From Bacilli bacterium (GTDB lineage: Bacteria; Bacillota_I; Bacilli_A; ML615J-28; CAG-313): a DNA stretch of 64,000 nucleotides. A program made the translations under genes and the position numbers. Below are positions 61,419 through 64,000 of the stretch, one piece after another. Every line of letters begins with the position of its first letter. Position 1 is the stretch's first letter. The DNA lies in the NCBI GenBank assembly GCA_017398545.1, contig JAFQFT010000021.1, forward strand, positions 95,261-159,260, given 5' to 3'. Below the pieces are notes generated by a model. It saw nothing but the letters and a program-made list of their open reading frames with translations. It was not told where the DNA came from and ran no database searches.

Positions 61419-62702
61419 ATGGAAAATATTACTTCTTCTAAAGCTATTTTGGTTGGTGTATGTACAGGGCGTGATGAAGTATTTAACTATGAAATGAAAG
61501 AACTAGTTAATCTTTGTGAAGCATGTAATATTGAATGTATTGAAACTGTTACACAAAACCTAGCATACACAAATAATGCTACATATATAGGTAGTGGAAA
61601 ATTAGTAGAACTTGTTGAACTATGTAATTTATTAGATGTAGACTATGTTGTTTTTAATGATGAATTATCTCCAGCTGAACTATCTAATCTTGCAGATCAA
61701 ATTCCTTGTGAGATTATGGATAGAACAATGTTAATTCTTGAAATTTTTAAAACACGTGCTAAAACTAAAGAAGCAATGCTACAAGTAGAAATAGCAAACC
61801 TTAATTATATGCTACCTCGTCTAATTGGCGCAAGAAAGAATCTATCACGTATTGGTGGTGGCGGTGGCGGTGGAAGTGGTGCTAGACGTGGTGCCGGTGA
61901 AACAAAACTAGAACTAGATAGACGTTATATTGAAAACAGAATTTATAAATTAAAACAAGAACTTGATGATGTTGTATTAAGTCGTCAAACATCACGTAAG
62001 TCACGTGCAAAAAATGAAGTAAAGACTGTCGCATTTGTGGGCTATACAAATGCAGGTAAATCATCAACTATTAATAGTATCTTAAATTATGTTGAAGGAA
62101 ATGTTGATAAACAAGTATTTGTTAAAGATATGCTATTTGCAACACTTGAAACTTCTACAAGACGAATAAAACTTGCAAATAATCATGAATTCTTAATCAC
62201 AGATACAGTAGGTTTTGTAAATAAACTACCACATCACTTAGTAGAATCATTTAAATCAACACTAGAAGAAATCACTGAAGCATCTTTAATCGTTCATTTA
62301 ATTGATACTTCAAGCCCATATGTTGATTGGCAAATAGAGACTACTATGAATGTTTTAGATAAACTTCATTGTTCTAGTATTCCTTGTGTATATGTATTTA
62401 ATAAAGTTGATTTGGTAACTAATGAAATTTTTATACCTACATCATATACTCCATCTTTAAGAATATCTAATAAGAAAAATATTGGTATAAAAGAATTAAT
62501 TGAATATATTGAAAAAGAATTATTCCCTGATGATGTAACTACTACTTTACTTATTCCATATACAAATGGTGAAGTTTATAATGTTTTAATGGAAAAAGCT
62601 AATGTTCACGAAACAGAATATACAGATACTGGTACTAAAGTAAATGTTACTTTAAGTAAACATTTATATGAACTTTATAAAAAATATGAAATTGAAAAAT
62701 AG
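61419..62702 (+). CDS. hflX: GTPase HflX
   Basis: HflX N-domain, Gly-rich linker, G-domain (GYTNAGKSST, DTVGF, NKVD); AAGGAGG RBS. Confidence 0.9.
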   Translation: MENITSSKAILVGVCTGRDEVFNYEMKELVNLCEACNIECIETVTQNLAYTNNATYIGSGKLVELVELCNLLDVDYVVFNDELSPAELSNLADQIPCEIMDRTMLILEIFKTRAKTKEAMLQVEIANLNYMLPRLIGARKNLSRIGGGGGGGSGARRGAGETKLELDRRYIENRIYKLKQELDDVVLSRQTSRKSRAKNEVKTVAFVGYTNAGKSSTINSILNYVEGNVDKQVFVKDMLFATLETSTRRIKLANNHEFLITDTVGFVNKLPHHLVESFKSTLEEITEASLIVHLIDTSSPYVDWQIETTMNVLDKLHCSSIPCVYVFNKVDLVTNEIFIPTSYTPSLRISNKKNIGIKELIEYIEKELFPDDVTTTLLIPYTNGEVYNVLMEKANVHETEYTDTGTKVNVTLSKHLYELYKKYEIEK

Positions 62703-62736
62703 AAGCAACTTTTCTTAGGTTGCTTCTTTTACTTTT
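62701..62736 (+). terminator. Rho-independent terminator after hflX
   Basis: AGAAGCAAC-N9-GTTGCTTCT + T-run. Confidence 0.65.
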
Positions 62737-63446
62737 AATGCATCAATTGCTTTATTATAACTATAATATACATATATAACATATTCTTTAATATTAGTAG
62801 TAAATTCTAATTTTAACATTCCAGATACAACAAGTAAATCAGTTGGTACGTTAATTGAAATATTATTAAAAAATCTTGTTGTTCCTTCATAAATATATGA
62901 TTCACTTACTACATGTTTTTTTATTTGTAGCAGTTCATGATTAATAATATAAGAACTTATTCTAGATAAATAAATAGTCCTGTCTAACCCATTATGTATA
63001 TATATTACTACATTATTATCATTAATATCTACTACACCAGAAATTAATGTATCATTTATAGGCATTTTAACAAGTTGATACTTACCTATATTAACATCAT
63101 AAGTGTCATTATTATTAATAAATTCAAGGTGAGTGATTGAAACTTGATTTGGATAAAATGTTATTTTAAATTGATAAAATACAGCATCAACTTCTTCGTT
63201 ATTGTAAAGGTATTTTGTAACTGCTTTAAAAACTATGTCACTTGTTTCAACATTATTATGTTCTTTTAATGATAAGTTTAAAATATTAGTACTTGTATAT
63301 ATATTTAAATAAAGTGTTCTAGAAGAATTATTTAAATCTTCGTAACATGATACTTTAGATGATTCTATAAATGTTATGTTGTCTTTTTCGCAAGATGTTA
63401 AAAAAATAGTGAATGTTAATAATAAAAAAATTAAATACTTTTTCAT
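62715..63446 (-). CDS. Lipoprotein, unknown
   Basis: Lipobox FLTSC. Confidence 0.5.
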   Translation of the reverse strand: MKKYLIFLLLTFTIFLTSCEKDNITFIESSKVSCYEDLNNSSRTLYLNIYTSTNILNLSLKEHNNVETSDIVFKAVTKYLYNNEEVDAVFYQFKITFYPNQVSITHLEFINNNDTYDVNIGKYQLVKMPINDTLISGVVDINDNNVVIYIHNGLDRTIYLSRISSYIINHELLQIKKHVVSESYIYEGTTRFFNNISINVPTDLLVVSGMLKLEFTTNIKEYVIYVYYSYNKAIDALKVKEAT

Positions 63447-63493
63447 ACTTAAATGTATTACTCAAATATTTAATTTATGATTATTTTTTAAAT

Positions 63494-64000
63494 TTATTTA
63501 ACTGTTATAAGTGGATTATTAATAATCTCTTTTGCAAGCATTACAAGTTCATCATAACTTGATACTGATACAACCTTCGGTTTATAAGACTTTGTACCAA
63601 TTAATTGTTTTAAATACCACGCAGCATGAGTTCTCATTTCGACAAGAGCAACATGTTCTCCTTTTAAAGAGATTAATCTTTTTGTATGATCTAGCATTGT
63701 ATTAATAATTACTTCTTTAGTTGGTTTTTCAATGATTTCTCCTGTCTCAAAATATGCATTTAACTCATCAAATAACCATGGATTACCACAAGCAGCACGC
63801 CCAATCATTAATGCATCTACACCGGTATATTCTTTCATTTTAATTGCGGATGCTATATCTTTAATATCTCCATTACCAATAACTGGTATAGATACCGCTT
63901 CTTTAACAGCTTTAATATGATCTAAATTAGCACTTCCTGTATACATATCAGATTTTGTTCTACCATGTATTGCAAGTGCACTTGCACCAGCTTGTTCAAT
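63494..64000 (-). CDS. dusB: tRNA-dihydrouridine synthase (DusB-like), 5' end beyond the window
   Basis: Frame stays open upstream of the track Met to the window edge (...IEQAGASALAIHGRTKSDMYTGSANLDHIKAVKE...); GRAACGNPWLF. Confidence 0.8.
   Translation of the reverse strand: MEQAGASALAIHGRTKSDMYTGSANLDHIKAVKEAVSIPVIGNGDIKDIASAIKMKEYTGVDALMIGRAACGNPWLFDELNAYFETGEIIEKPTKEVIINTMLDHTKRLISLKGEHVALVEMRTHAAWYLKQLIGTKSYKPKVVSVSSYDELVMLAKEIINNPLITVK

Overview
This is a low-GC (about 27-28% by eye) bacterial chromosomal window read in the standard code. Long ORFs are intact with TGA as a stop, and a dedicated tRNA-Trp(CCA) is present. The gene content points to a low-GC Firmicute of the Erysipelotrichia or Clostridia-like type rather than a wall-less Mollicute: Lgt-type lipoproteins with L-x-S/T-C lipoboxes, WhiA, CdaA, a MurNAc-L-Ala amidase and a YunB-like protein. 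Housekeeping genes dominate: uvrA, ligA, pcrA, glnS, groES/groEL, trxB, whiA, lgt, tsaB/tsaD/tsaE/rimI, ispDF, cdaA, hflX, dusB, a Na+-pumping biotin-dependent decarboxylase with birA/bioY, pcp and a pfkB-family kinase. Accessory or unusual parts are: (1) a tRNA-Trp/tRNA-His-adjacent cassette array (1..12050) punctuated by three diverged ~200-bp direct repeats, carrying two paralogous AlbA_2(Schlafen-like)/HATPase_c_4 proteins, four HTH regulators, a sigma factor, a cytoplasmic S41 peptidase and lipoproteins; (2) an AbiEi/AbiEii toxin-antitoxin pair inserted next to birA; (3) a ~1440-aa DUF4011/SF1 helicase with a nuclease-like C-terminus, translationally coupled to an ankyrin-repeat protein directly upstream of cdaA; (4) an RBS-less orphan RHS C-terminal toxin cassette with a membrane-anchored uncharacterised toxin domain and two secreted candidate immunity proteins, behind a ClpC-like ATPase whose second ATPase domain is degenerate. 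No integrase, transposase, CRISPR array or rRNA was seen. All coordinates and calls are from manual reading and motif memory, not database searches.
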